Part shown: positions 1 through 15,504 of the stretch, piece by piece
Numbering within the stretch: the stretch's first letter is position 1
Layout of the letters: every line of letters starts with the position of its first letter
Assembly (NCBI GenBank): GCA_012295275.1
Contig: CM022671.1
Span: 4,464,001-4,528,000, forward strand
Source of the DNA: Chrysomallon squamiferum
Lineage: Eukaryota > Animalia > Mollusca
Length of the DNA: 64,000 bases
Reading direction: 5' to 3'
Translations under genes and position numbers: made by a program
Notes under the pieces: model-generated
The model's database searches: none
Seen by the model: the letters and a program-made list of their open reading frames with translations, nothing else
Told to the model about the DNA's origin: nothing

Positions 1-194
1 TGGTTTCTCTTTTCTCTTTCGGTCATGATTTTTTTCTTTTCCTTTTTTTACTTTTCATCTCACTTTTTGTTGTCATTGTGCCATAATCGGACTCTCTGAG
101 CAAAATAAAAAAAAAAATAATAAAAAAAAAAAACAACAAAACAAAAAAAAAAAAATAAAAAAACCCCAAACAATTAAAATTAAATTAAACCAAC

Positions 195-250
<56 letters not shown>

Positions 251-974
251 GACAGCAGTACTTATAGTAGTATGTATTAGTATTAGTTACATTAGTAGTA
301 GTAGCAGCAGTAGTATAGTAGTAGTATAGTAGTAGTAATGTTAATACTAACAGCTATAGTAGTAATAGTAATTGTAGTGATTATAGTAGTAACAGCAGCT
401 AAAGCAGTTACTAGTATGTTGTAGTAAAGCAGGTCTAACGGTATGTAGTAGTAGTAGTAGTAATGGTAGTAGTTGTAGTAGTAGTGGTAGGTGTAGTAAT
501 AGTAATGATAGGGTAGTTGTAGAAGTACTGGAGATATCGTCGTGGTGGTAGTAGCAGTTGCAATAACAAGGAAAACAAACAAATAAATAAATATGAAAAT
601 AAATATTAAAAAAAACGATTATCATTAACGGAAAAAAAAAATTTAAAAAAATTTAAGAGGAAAATCGACGTCCAACTGTTGAAAATAAACCTAATTTTAT
701 TTTATTTAAATTTCTTATCTGTTATTTTATCCCATAAAGCAACTGACTTTAATCTTCAATTTAGTGTTCATTATCTTTCAAGCTGGCATTTATGGCAGTT
801 TAATTTACATTAATTTGGATTTTGACATCGGTTTCACCTTTGTTTCCAAAATTATTTGATTTATTGATATGGCGGTGTTAATAAAAAAAAAAAAAAATGC
901 CACCCAAAACGATTGAAATCTCTCTTAACTCTGAAATCATATTTTAAATAAACTGTAATAACATTATAATTATA

Positions 975-1099
975 CAGGGCTAATCCGGGCTTGCCAAATT
1001 TCCTGTTAATCCCTGATCTGAAACAGGTGAAGTCCTTGAGTTAATAATCAAAACAGGTGTGCCATTAGTAACACCTGTAAATATCAGGTGAAATTAATT

Positions 1100-1133
<34 letters not shown>

Positions 1134-1150
1134 CCAGGTGTTAATCTGTG
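975..1150. promoter_or_regulatory. candidate enhancer with five CAGGTG E-boxes
   Basis: CAGGTG/CACCTG at 1024, 1054, 1072, 1085 and 1135, plus TAATCC at 981 and 1007. Confidence 0.4.
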
Positions 1151-1701
1151 TGACGCAGTAGTAAATTTAAACTTGTCAATCAAACTAAATTTATCTTTTG
1201 TTCTTAACCTACGTATTTATTATTCAAACATTTTTGTACAAACAAACATGTCAAAAAAAAAGAAAAAAAAAAAAGAAGAAAGATCGGCTCTAAAATATAA
1301 ACCTGTCAACTTGTCTAAATGAATTTCGATTTACCTTCGCTTATTTACGTATTCATTATTTATGTATATATATGAGAATAGGCGTATAATTATTTATTCC
1401 TGGTTAAAAAGACGACGTAATTATAAATAATTAATTGGACAGAGTGTCAGAGTAAATTTAGATTTTCTTATTCTGATCTGCATAGTTTGTGCAGGAGTTA
1501 GTGATAAAATAATTGACTGGTTTTCGTATAAACAGCCCGGGGATCAATAGCTTGTAAGTATATGACGTAGATACCGTGTGTTTGTGAGAAATGTTAAGTG
1601 TACGGAGAGAGAGAAGAAGAAAAACAGAGATAAAATGAAAACCAATAAAGAGAGAAAATGACTGAAAGAAAGAAAGAGAAAAAGGGATAGAGGAACGGGT
1701 G

Positions 1702-1994
<293 letters not shown>

Positions 1995-2370
1995 ATGGTG
2001 TTGCTAAGACAGATGAGTTACACTGTACAAAATAATTCAGGTTAAAGATGACAGATTGAAGGTTTAACTGTAACAAACAAGTTTTTCTTGTTTTATACGA
2101 AACTACGTCTCACTTAGATAAAATTTATTGTTTTGTTGTTGTTCTTCTTGTTCTAGTTCTTATTCGTTTTATGTTTGTAGTTGTTGTTATTATTGTTTTT
2201 GTTGTTATTAGTCAGTGTGTTTACAAGAACTCACATTTTTATTACTGAGTTTTATTGTTATCATTTCTCTGTGATAGATTTAGTAAAATCTTTTCATTCC
2301 CTTCTTATATAAATTTGTTTTGTTCTTTACTTATTTTCTTCCTTCCTTCTTTCCTTTCTTTCTTTCTTTC

Positions 2371-2408
<38 letters not shown>

Positions 2409-2529
2409 AAGTTACCTACATTTCTGTTTTCTTCAAATTTTTTAATCTCCATTTTTTAGTTAATTAATTTGAAATAATTTGTAGTAAAACAGTTCAAAAT
2501 TGGAAATTGTCCTGGATAATAATACAGAA

Positions 2530-2820
2530 AAAATTAAAAAAAATAAAAAAATAAAATAAAAAAAATTAAATTAAACAATAAACAATAGAAAAGCTAGGAA
2601 TGAAATAAAAATAAAAAATAATAATAATAAATAAATAAATAAATAAAAAAAGAAAAGAAAAAGAAAAAAAAAGAAAACAAAAGGAAGTAAAACATTGATA
2701 AAAAACAAAACAAAAATTATAATAATAATAAATAAAAAAATAAAAAATAAATAAAATAAATAAATAAATAAAACTAAAAAATAATAATAAAAAAAATAAA
2801 AAAATAAATAAAAAATAAAC

Positions 2821-2903
<83 letters not shown>

Positions 2904-2975
2904 AATAAACAAACAAACAAACAAATAAATAAATAAATAATAATAAAAAAAAAAAAAAAAAAAAAAATAAAAAAA
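2530..2975 (+). repeat. A-rich (AAT)n/(AAAT)n low-complexity tract
   Basis: Directly visible. Confidence 0.9.
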
Positions 2976-3710
2976 TTACCAAAAAAACAAAAGAAGAAAA
3001 ATCAACCAAAGAAAAACCAGGACACAAGCACAATTATACGGTATTGTTTGTTAAAAATTCGTTCCGGCGGTTTCAAACTCTTTTAAACAACAGCGTACAA
3101 CATGCAATACTCAGATATATCACCCACCTAACTAGCTGCATGCAAAGACCAGTTCAGCAATTGAAACGATTTAATCTGTGTGTTTACGAGACGCAAATAG
3201 TCACAGGGGTTTAAAAACAAAGAAATGCAATCAACACACATGGAAATATTCTCAAAAACAAAGCAATTAGTGATATCGATTTTTTCTCAGTCCCCACCCT
3301 AAAACGTCATCGATCCGGGACTTAAATTAGCACCTGCATCACGTGTGTGTGTGTGATGTACGTCACAACGTCTTCAGAAATGAAAGTGAAGTAAAACAAT
3401 GAAAAGAAAAAGAAAGCAAATACTTGAGATAGATCAATGGTACGAGAATACACGAAACAATGAATTTTAAATATTTATATATATATAGAGAGATACATCC
3501 TTGGTACGAATTTCAGTGTGTAATAAGATATTATCATACTGCACTGATTAAGAATAGTAGTAACTTAGAAAGTAAGTCGATTAATACTGTTTCTAAATTA
3601 ATATTGAAATTTTATTTCAGAAATGAAATAACAAGTTATAAGAAAAAAAAAAAAAAAAAAAAAAAAAAAACCGAAAGAATAATACTCAAGTCTCGTAAAA
3701 CAATATCTTG

Positions 3711-3845
<135 letters not shown>

Positions 3846-4719
3846 CACTCCCACTCTCTTTCCTTCGGTCTCTGTGTATGTACGCATATATGTAAGGATG
3901 GATGTAAATGGATTGACGGAATGATGAATGGAAGGGACGGGACAGATAGAAGGATGGATGAATAACAGAATTTATATTTATATAAATGAATCAACGGATG
4001 GACAAAAGGATGGATTTCTAACTGAATGAATGTGTGTAGGTATGTTCGTATACATCTGAGCGTGTGAATATATCAACATACATGTCCACAGAAAAAAAAA
4101 AAAAAAAAAAAAAAAACAACACTCGTACATTAGAATACAGTATATAAAATCAAATCTACCTGTAGTTACATAAACAAACATCACGATTACAGCTTTACAT
4201 CAATACTTATTTCATATACCTTATATGTACGTCCGCACGATACACTATTTTCAATGCACCATGATCCACAAAAATCAATCAGACGGTTTATGTGGGTGTT
4301 TTTTTTTTTTAATCTTTTCTCTCACAGACAAGGTGAACATTTAAATAACTAATCAAATCATTCTGTGGGAAATTTTTTTTTTTTTTTTTTTTTCTTCTGT
4401 GGGAATCAGGCATTATTCGACCGAACGCAAATAACAGTTTAAATAGCACGGTAAGTAAAGTTAAGTATTTAAACAGATTAGACGCGAGGTTGCGTGGTGG
4501 TGGCGGTGGAATTAACCTTGTATTAACGTTGCTATTTATAGCGTGATGACGTGTGGATGACGATTGGGAATTCTATTTTTAGGTTCGTCTGACGTAGCAG
4601 ATTCGTTCCCACGGTTAGATTTGTCTCGTGTGGGTGCAGGAAGCAGTCTGAGCTTGCGCAGTGAGGTTTTTTTTTTTTTTTTTAATTTTTTTTTTTAGGG
4701 ATAGAAGTTTGGGTTTTGC

Positions 4720-5130
4720 TGATGATTATGGTGATGATGATCATGATGATATTGACCATGATGTGATTATGATGAAGATGATGACGCTAATGATGATATT
4801 GGTGATGATGATGATTATGATGGCTCTGATGATGATGATGATGACGAAGAAGAAGATGATAAAGGTGTTTATGAGGTTGATATCAATATTTTAATGATTT
4901 TGTGATGATATCAATATACAAGTGATAATAAAGTTAATGATGATTGTGATAATGTTGATGATGGTTGTCATGACAATATGATAATTTGATGATCAAAAAT
5001 TAGAATGATGTGGATGAAAATAATGCTGATATTACAAATGATTATAATATTAACAGTAGCGATAATGATGGTGCTACGAATAATGATAATGTTGATGATA
5101 ATGATGATGATGATGATGATTTGATGATGA
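4720..5130 (+). repeat. degenerate (GAT)n tract
   Basis: Directly visible. Confidence 0.85.
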
Positions 5131-5802
5131 TTAAAAAACCCTGTAAAGCAGTAAACATAATAACACTAATCAAGAAAATAACAAAAAAAAAAAATAATAA
5201 TAAACGACAGTGTCCAAAATAACCGAAGCAGCAAAATAATGGAAGAATGCAACAAAAAAAAAAAAAAAAAAAAAAAAAAATAACAAAATCAAATATAATA
5301 ATAACATCAGCAACGACAACGATAACAATGTCCACGAGGAAGTAATCAGGTTAAAACAGCTCACCAAACAGATAAAACTTAATATTTATTTATCTCTACA
5401 CAAAGGGACATAAATGTAATTAACGAAACTAGAGTTATTTCCCTTGAGTGTTACCATTATATTAACGGCCACGAAACTGACGTCTGTGTGTTGCATATTA
5501 CGCAGAATGTATTGCGTATTACGTAAAACTTAATTCTTTCTAAAAATACAAGTTGTATATTTAGTAATAGGCGTTAGATATTAAGAATAATTATTATGTA
5601 AAGTACACAATGGGGACTGGAGTATTCGATTTAGTTTGTGTGATAAGCTGTCAAAAGCTTCAGCGACTGCTTTTTAAACAATTCCCGTAACTGAGAAAAC
5701 AATACATTGAATATAAATTAATAGTTTTTTGCTGCGAAGAATCTTTTAAAGTTATTCTTAATAGCTACATACCATTTTTTTCTTAACCTAGATATGTAAC
5801 TA

Positions 5803-5874
<72 letters not shown>

Positions 5875-6552
5875 CTCTCTCTCTATCTCTCTCTCTCACA
5901 CTCTCTCTTTATTTTTCTTTCTCTTTCTTCCTCTCTGCTCTTTCCTTCTCTCTTCTTTCTCTCTCTTTTTTCTACTTCTTTCACGACATCAGCAGCAGCA
6001 GCAAACAACAACAACAACACCAATAATAATCGTATAATCATCATCATCATCATCATCATCACAGAAGTAAACACATTTAATAGCAAAGACAAACACGTAC
6101 ACTAGTTAGTTATTAACTTCCACTTAACGAAAGAGACACGACACACTGTCATATGCAGGAATTTAAAACATGATAATTTGTTTCTTTGTTCTGTGTCATA
6201 TGTATTAGACAGCACTTTCTACGTTTGTTATGTAAATATACTTCTGAACCCTAACAGGTATGGTTATTAAGTATTAATATACATGCATGGAGATGTACGT
6301 ACTGTTAGTAATATAATACGTATATTTATTAAATACCGAGGTAGATGATGCAGAATGTAAACTCTGACGGTAATACGATAAGTATAGTTCTTAAGCTTTG
6401 ATGATGTTCACGCATGTAGCTGCAGTAATTAATCACTGTCGTTAGGATGCTGACGTGCACGATGCCGCTGCTGACGTGATTACAGTAACGTGGTCGAACT
6501 GAAGTGACATGCAGTTAATTTTTATCTGACCACTCGTTCTGTTACATATTCA

Positions 6553-6710
6553 CACATACATACATACATACATACATACATACATACATACATACATACA
6601 TACATACATACATACATACATACATACATACATACATACATACATACATACATACATACATACATACATACATACATACATACATACACATACATACATA
6701 CATACATACA

Positions 6711-6744
<34 letters not shown>

Positions 6745-7018
6745 CATTACATATACATACATACATACATACATACATACATACATACATACATACATAC
6801 ATACATACATACATACATACATACATACATACATACATACATACATACATACATACATACATACATACATACATACACATACATACATACATACACATAC
6901 ATACATACATACATACATACATACATACATACATACATACATACATACATACATACATACATACATACATACACATACATACATACACATATACATACAC
7001 ACATACATACATACATAC

Positions 7019-7053
<35 letters not shown>

Positions 7054-7601
7054 CATACATACATACATACATACATACATACATACATACATACACACAC
7101 ATACATACATACATACATACATACACACATACATACATACATACATACACACACATACACACATACATACACACATACATACATACATACACACATACAT
7201 ACACACACATACATACATACATACATACAACACACACACACATACATACATACATACATACAAACACACACACATACATACATACATACAAACACACACA
7301 CATACATACATACATACATATATACATACATACATACAAACACACACACATACATACATACATACATACATACAACACACACATACATACATACATACAC
7401 ATACATTCATACATACATATATACATACATACATACATACAAACACACACACATACATACATACATACACACACAGATACATACATACATACATACATAC
7501 AGACACACACACACACATACATACATACATACATACATACAAACATACAAACATACACACATACATACATACATACGTACGTACATCCACACACACACAT
7601 G

Positions 7602-7644
<43 letters not shown>

Positions 7645-7660
7645 ATATGTGTGTGTGTGT
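6553..7660 (+). repeat. ~1.1 kb (ACAT)n/(AC)n compound microsatellite
   Basis: Directly visible. It is the source of the MYVC-repeat pseudo-ORFs. Confidence 0.97.
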
Positions 7661-8132
7661 CTGTATGCATGAATATATAATTGTTCTGATTCTTTGAATA
7701 TGCATTCTATACTTGTTAGAGCTGAAACATAATAAAAATATAGATAAATAAATAAATAAAAACACACGCACACGCACAAAACGTATCATACTGTGTACAT
7801 AAACATGACTCATCTTTCTGCAGAAAAGTTAAAAAAAAAAAAAAAAAAAAAGATTATTTTATTTTTTTTGTTTTAACGTGAATGTCCTGATCTATACGAG
7901 AAGCTGTCGTGATAATGGTGATGTGTCTGTGGTTGATGCTGTTGTATTTATAGAAACCTGATCGAAGAACCATGGCACGCCCACATTATCAGTGTAAGTA
8001 AAGAAAAAAAAGAGAAAACAACTACAACAACGTATATTTGAAATCGAAGTGGTAACGACCTTGCGGTACACAAACAGCGCTGACGTAAGCAGAAAGAAAA
8101 CAAAGAAATAAAATATTTAATGATTAGCGGTT

Positions 8133-8164
<32 letters not shown>

Positions 8165-8587
8165 TTTTTCTTTTTTTTTCTTTGAATGTAAATTCTTTTT
8201 TTTTTTTTTCTTTTTTTTATTAAGAATTTTATTTTCGTTTAACGTATTTTAGTAATGAAATTTTGTTGTTACTGTTTTTTTTGTGTTTTTTTAATTTTCT
8301 CTTCCTTTATTTCTTTATGTTTGCGTGTTTTGTTTTTTTCCGATTAATAATAATATAAAAAATAATAATAATAAAAACTCGATTAAAAAAGATCATAACG
8401 TAAGAAATTAGTATTCATTTATGTAATTATTTCTGGTAAAGTTCGATTAAAACTATCATAGAGTTGAAATTAATATTTATTTTTGTATATTATTTCTGGG
8501 ACAACAACAATAACTCCACCAACTACTACTACTACTATCACTACTGCTACTACTACTACTACGTCTGCTACTGCTATTATTATTAGT

Positions 8588-9010
8588 TCAATAACTAATA
8601 CAGTTACTGCAACAAAACCACTTCTAGAACAACTACTACTGCTTCTATTACAACTTCTACTACTACTACTACTACTATTTCAATAACTAATACAGTTACC
8701 AGAACAAAACCAAACAACAACAAAAACAACAACAACAACAAAACCACTACTACTATTTCAATAACTAATACATACTCACTGAACAAAACTAAGCAACAAC
8801 AACAACTACTACTACTACTATTTCAATAACTAATACAGTTACCAGAACAAAACCAAGCAACAACAAAAACAACAACAACAATGACTACTATTACTATTTC
8901 AATAACTAATACAGTCACCAGAACAAAACTAAGCAACAACAACAACTACTACTACTTTTTCAATAACTAATACAGTTACTACAACAAAACCACTACTACA
9001 CCAACTACTA
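8588..9010 (+). repeat. composite tandem repeat: six copies of a ~33-bp core separated by CAA/TAC microsatellites
   Basis: TCAATAACTAATACAGTTACCAGAACAAAAC-like core at 8588, 8680, 8758, 8823, 8899 and 8960. Confidence 0.9.
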
Positions 9011-9301
9011 CTACTCCTATTACAATTTCTTCTTCTTCTTCTTCTTCTTCTACTACTGCTACATCTACTCCTACTACAAATACAACTGCTAATCATCATC
9101 ATCATCATCATCAACACCATCATCACCATCAGCTTCATCATCACCGTCGTCATCATCAAGACAAACAATACGAAAAAATCGCCGTGGATATCTGAGTACT
9201 GATATTATTTTCATTATTGCTTCCTACAATTAAACACAAAAACCCTCTATTCAACACGTAACATTATATAACACAACAACTGCAAAGTATTTGCGGATTT
9301 C

Positions 9302-9344
<43 letters not shown>

Positions 9345-9348
<4 letters not shown>

Positions 9349-9610
9349 CAGATCGCAGGCCATTAAGTACAGACCAGCCACAATGGCCGCCTCCTTGACT
9401 CCGAAACCGGAAACGCAAATTGCCCCCCAGGAAGCGTAAGCCAACCGTTTGAACCGTTGCCGTCGTTCAGACGTGGTTCAGACGTCGCCAACCACGCCTC
9501 CGACGTGCCATAGAGGAACGACGTCGTGGTAGGAAAGTTACTTTGATCGTGAAGTGAGGAATTTCGAGTAATTCGAGGTCTTGGAGAGAGCGGCGGTGTA
9601 TGAGAGTCAG
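9345..9610. promoter_or_regulatory. GC/CpG-rich island, candidate promoter or enhancer
   Basis: Sharp local GC/CpG rise. It contains ATGGCCGCC (9383), CCGGAAA (9407) and a tandem GTTCAGACGT pair (9465-9485). Confidence 0.4.
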
Positions 9611-9880
9611 GTGTTTGTGTGTTTTTGTGTTTGTGTGTGGTGTTTGATGGTTTCTGTATGTGAGCGGTGAAATAATTGTTGTATACGCGTGTGTGGTTCT
9701 GATGTTGTTATTTTTATTTTTTATTTTTTTTATTGAAGGTGAAGATTAAATTGCTATTCTTTGTTTTTTTGTTTGTTTGTTTGTTTGTTCGTTTGCTTTG
9801 TTTGTTTGTTTGTTTCATTCATTCTTTGTTTCTTGTGTCCATGGTTCCTTTGGTTGTTTTTATAAAAAATGTTCATTGAT

Positions 9881-9943
<63 letters not shown>

Positions 9944-11543
9944 ATAATAATAATAGTAACAACAACAACAACAACAATAATAATAATAACAATAATAATA
10001 ACAACAACAAAACATTGCATTTATTCATAAGCAAACAAACAGAATAATAAATAAAATAAAAATCGTTATCACCGATTCCAATTCTAAAAATACAAGATAA
10101 GAAAACTTCGCTCGATAACTATTGCAATAAGATAAATACTTTTCACTGTTTGCTTCAGAGTGCTGATATCTCCCATGGAAAAAAAAAAAAAAAAAAAAAA
10201 GAAAGCTATCTAATATTTAACAGCCTGTCTATTCAGAGCACAGTAATTGAAAATAAACACATAAATTATTTACCACAACAATGCCATTAGTGCATGCGTC
10301 CGATCAATACGCCGTTCCTCAGTAACTTGCGCAAATCGCTCGAATTCGACCTTTTCGTGCTGGAGTCGATTCTCGGTGTTAATGAGCCGTGAGTTTTTAA
10401 CATCATCAGCTAACCGTCCTTTCATCCCGCGAATGTAGATAGATAAATAGATAAACAGATTAAACAGACAGAAACATAGAACTACAGAAATACAGATACA
10501 TACATACATACATACATACATACATAAATAATTACATACAGAGATACATACATATATATACATACATATATACATACATATATATACATACATACATAAA
10601 TACATACATAAATACATACATACATACATATATCATACATACATACATACACATACACTCATACACACACATATATTATACACACATACATACATACACA
10701 TATACACATACACACACACATATATTATATATACATACATACATACATATATATATATATTCACGTACATACACACATGCATACCCACCCACACACATAC
10801 ACAAAAACATATATACAGAGACAGAAAGAAAAAAACATGAAGCTGATGGATAGATAGTTGATGGATAGACAGAATGATAGAGAGAAAGACAAAGGTACAG
10901 AGAAACTGAGAAACAGACTGACAGAAAAATAGACACACAGACAGATAGACAGACAGACAGACAGATAGCTAGAAACAGACAAATAAAAACAAATAAATAA
11001 ATGAATACAAAATAATTATAATTAAAAAAAAAAAATTAAATAAATAAATAAATTAATACACTGAGAAAATGTATCTATGAATTTATATTATATAGAAATA
11101 GATATTTACATACATACATACATACACACATATATATGTATATACAAAAATAGATATACAGAAATATAGCCTAACAAACAAATAAACAAACGGATGAATG
11201 AAATGACTGATGGAGAGAAAGAGACAGATAGAGCAAAGGAAGATAGAAGTGCAGAAAAAAAAAAAAAAAAAAAAAAGAATAAAAGTACATATTTTGTGGA
11301 ACGAAAAAACACCTAATTTTGTATGAATGATGTCAGATTTTTAATGTAATATGTTTTAGAGAAACCTTTTGAACACATATCTCCAAAGACAAAGAGCTTT
11401 TATACAAAATCGTAAAAAGTTTATAACGGTAATATATTAGATTAACTTTCTACGTCATCGCATTGTGACGCTTTATTGACGTAAATGTTTGAACTCTGTT
11501 GTACTTTTCTTCGTTTAAGTTAATTTAGGTGGCTGAGACACAC

Positions 11544-11619
<76 letters not shown>

Positions 11620-11932
11620 ACGTACAGAATATTTGTAACATTTCAAGATACGGTAAAAATAATCATTGATACCACCACCAAAAGCACACTTTAGCAAACA
11701 AACAAATACAAAACAAAGCATAAAACACAACGAAATGAAATAAAACAAAACAAAATATATATAAGCCCTTTTCTTTTTTCCACCACCATAACAAAATTTA
11801 AGCTGGTCTTTAAGAACAAACAAGAAAAGACAATTACATATTACGTAGTTAACGACGTACACTATGACTTGAAAAAAGTTTAATAACGCGAGGTGACAAA
11901 CTCATTAATTATTCACTCTCTGTCGACACAGT

Positions 11933-11968
<36 letters not shown>

Positions 11969-12066
11969 TCTCGCACCTACTCGACGTCGAATCAACGTTA
12001 ACGCTTACGCGAGTAGTGTCGCACACAGACGTATTTTCGTTGTAAGCTTTAACCCGTTATTTATTT

Positions 12067-12102
<36 letters not shown>

Positions 12103-12312
12103 TGTTTTATTTTTATATTTCTGTTTATTTATGATGAAAATAACATTCTTTTACTGTAATGTTGAAAAAAAAAAAAAAAAAAAAAAAAGAATAAAAAAAA
12201 GTGGTTTGTTTACATGATCTGTGGTAACTAGAGAGGAAACAATAAATCACCCAAAGGCGAGGTTACGTTCACACGTTCATCTGGTAATTTATTTATTTTT
12301 TTATTTATTTAG

Positions 12313-12346
<34 letters not shown>

Positions 12347-12479
12347 TTTAAATATATGTGTTATTATTTATTATCTTTAGATAAGAGGACAGTTTGAAAA
12401 GTACTTGCGTGGGCGAATGGCCAAAAATATTGTGTCACGTGACCTTTATTCTGTACTTGAAACGTACTAGCTATCACAC

Positions 12480-12548
<69 letters not shown>

Positions 12549-12989
12549 GACTGATAGAGTAATAGGAATAATGCAAATAAGAAAAAGAAACTCAAGTGCG
12601 GTGTGATATTTATGAACTTCTTTTGTAAATACTTTTCATTAACCAGCAATAATTTTATCGCCCAAACCATTTAAATTATTTATCTAACTACACACAAAAC
12701 CACCTTCGACATGACACCAGTGTCTGCTGGTACGACTGCACTAAGCGGTGAAATTAGCCTTTGGGTACCAATGAATTTGTCTTATTTTGCGCATGCGTCG
12801 TTTTCGTCAGTTTCCGTCACTTTTTCAGTCATCTACCTCGTCTGTTCAAATGTCTCAGCTTTATCACATGTGATATTTTTCATTAAGATTTAAAAAAAAC
12901 CCACCCAAAACACCCCCAAAAAACATTATTATCATTTTATTTCAAGTCGAGATCCGTTATCTTGATAAGAAAAAAAAAAAAAATACATA

Positions 12990-13386
12990 TGTAAATACGT
13001 CCGCCATTTTGGGTCAATTTCCGGTCATGACATTGACGGGGTGATCACGTGACTCATTCGTAAAGTTTCCCCTGATCATGATGTTGCAATCGTTGATCAA
13101 TTTGTTTTCTAGAAATACAATCAGACTTCTTTTTTTTTTTTTTTTTTTCCTTATCACCGATATATCATCTTACCTTTTATTTGCACCTGTGATAAATTTA
13201 AACAAACAGTTTAATTATAGGTGTAGTGTTATTTGCATTTTTATTAAAACGAAGGCCGTGACTTAAATTAGCCTAAATTTATCTCGCTAAAAACCAAGCG
13301 TTTGTTGACGTTATTTATTTTTATAGTGTATTAATAATAATAATAATAATAATATATTTTGAAGCATGCTGTTTTGTTACAGCACC

Positions 13387-13458
<72 letters not shown>

Positions 13459-13493
13459 AATATATTTTCAGAAACACACACATACACACACGC

Positions 13494-13552
<59 letters not shown>

Positions 13553-13770
13553 CAAACAAAAATAATAGTTTTTGAAAAAAACAAGAACAACAAACAGACA
13601 AACAATTGTAGGCACCATTTTCTTTAGTCGTGACGTCATCGAGTATTGCGTGGATTCATTTGATCCAGTTTCATTTAGTGATGTCACGAAAAATACAGGA
13701 ATGTCTCTCGTGTACTTGCTGATCCCTGTTGTAAAACTGTAAAATGGCGGCATGCAAATATTTTGTAACT
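12990..13770. promoter_or_regulatory. candidate enhancer/promoter-like islands (YY1, ETS, E-box/AP-1, CRE, octamer)
   Basis: CCGCCATTTT 13001, TTTCCGG 13018, TCACGTGACTCA 13045-13056, TGACGTCA 13631, AAAATGGCGGC 13741, ATGCAAAT 13752. Confidence 0.45.
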
Positions 13771-13856
13771 TTTTTTTTTTATTATAAACCTTTGTTATGA
13801 CTTCAGATCGTCCTAAAAATAATTAAAATAATATTAACCTAGAAGTTTAATGATTT

Positions 13857-13960
<104 letters not shown>

Positions 13961-15433
13961 TCACATACAATCACCCTCACAGTGGTTGATATGGTCTATA
14001 TTACACTGGTACTGACTTTCCGACATAATTTAATTTACTAGCGCTCTGAGGCAAACCAGAGAAGAATTGTTTTCAGCCATCACTTGAGACATTAGAGAAA
14101 AAAAATTAGATAAAAGAAAATGACTTTGTTACTGATATTTATATCACTGGAAATAGCCCTGGGCAAAACAAAACTGGGGGAAAAAACACAAACAAAAAAA
14201 ACAACAAAAGACAGACACATACACACGAATAAAAAAATAATGAGAAGCAGAACACACGATACAAAACAAAGGTTAATAAACAATATTAAATTCAAGGTCT
14301 GGTAAGGTTGAACAAAACACCACGGAAATAAATGAGATTTGACATTTGGGTACAATGTCACTAAAATTGTTTATTATATAGTGGAAGTCTCTTTTTCATT
14401 ATTATTATTATTTTTTTAAATAGATACTGTTAAGTAGGTACATAGTTTAATATTTATAACGTGACTGATCGTATCTCAAAAGTTTATTTTTTAATAACAT
14501 AATAGTTATTGTTTGTGTGTATGTGTAATGTATGTATGTATGTATGTATGTATATGTGTGTGTATGTATATGTAAGTATGTGTATGTTTGTTTATGCATA
14601 TATACAAGCACTCAAACAAATACAATGCAGGGAAGTATGTATATCATACATCAGTATATATAACTGACCATTTAAAAGACGTACATTTCTTCTCCCTATG
14701 TCTGTCTGTCTGTCTGTGTTTCTGTAGCCAACTATTCAATGAGTACATTTGTACATGCAATCATTTTCTTTAATTATTTTTCCTTGTAATTACTTCTCCT
14801 TCTCATCCACAATCACATCACATCTGTTCTCAAAACCATCACCGCACCAAACGATCTAACAACCCGCGGACCTGACGTAACGCGCCCCTGGAGACTTTCG
14901 TCCCATCAGAATATCGTCCACAAAACTATACACAAATTTTCATCGTTTCGGTAACTCGTGTCATTCTCTGTTCGTCCGTTTACACTTATTTACCCAGAAT
15001 CTACGAGAAATGTTGATAGAAGTCATTTATATTAAGAGATCTTTCAAATTTTTGGTCAATTTCCCGTAATCTCGTGGGACGTCTGTTTTGGAATCTGTAG
15101 AATAGTCAGCGGGTTCACGTAGTTCTCTCTCTGTGTGTTAAAACCGTTCAAGACTTTTACTTCTGTTTTTAAACGTGCTTGTTATGATATGTATTTATTT
15201 TCTTCTAATTAAGACTGGGTTTAGAGTTGTTCTTGCGTCAGTGTTGATGTTTTTGTTCTGTAGCTCTTAATATATATATATGTTCAAGTGTCGAATCATT
15301 AATATAAAACGTATTTTGCCGAATTGTAATAAACGTTCAATTATACTACTGGCTAATATTACACCTGGCATAAATATTATATCAGAAGAGATTTCAAATA
15401 AATCCCAATTATATTGTTAGTCTTATTAAAAAT

Positions 15434-15435
<2 letters not shown>

Positions 15436-15502
<67 letters not shown>
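15436..15502 (+). repeat. 67-nt poly(A) tract
   Basis: Uninterrupted A run. Confidence 0.9.

Positions 15503-15504
<2 letters not shown>

Noticed and set aside
1103-1170. Strong-looking splice acceptor (poly-T, CCAG|G)
   Set aside because: All three downstream frames close within ~50 nt and no matching donor or exon is evident.
6522-7813. Long ORFs of 423, 409 and 219 aa (MYVC repeats)
   Set aside because: They are translations of the stop-free (ATGT)n microsatellite in several frames, with no coding signal.
8588-9010. CRISPR-like repeat-spacer layout
   Set aside because: The context is eukaryotic, the spacers are microsatellites, the repeats are degenerate and non-palindromic, and there are no cas genes.
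15425-15502. Retrocopy or LINE tail (ATTAAA plus 67 A)
   Set aside because: No target-site duplication or coding remnant was seen. Long A/T runs are ubiquitous here and their lengths may be assembly-dependent.
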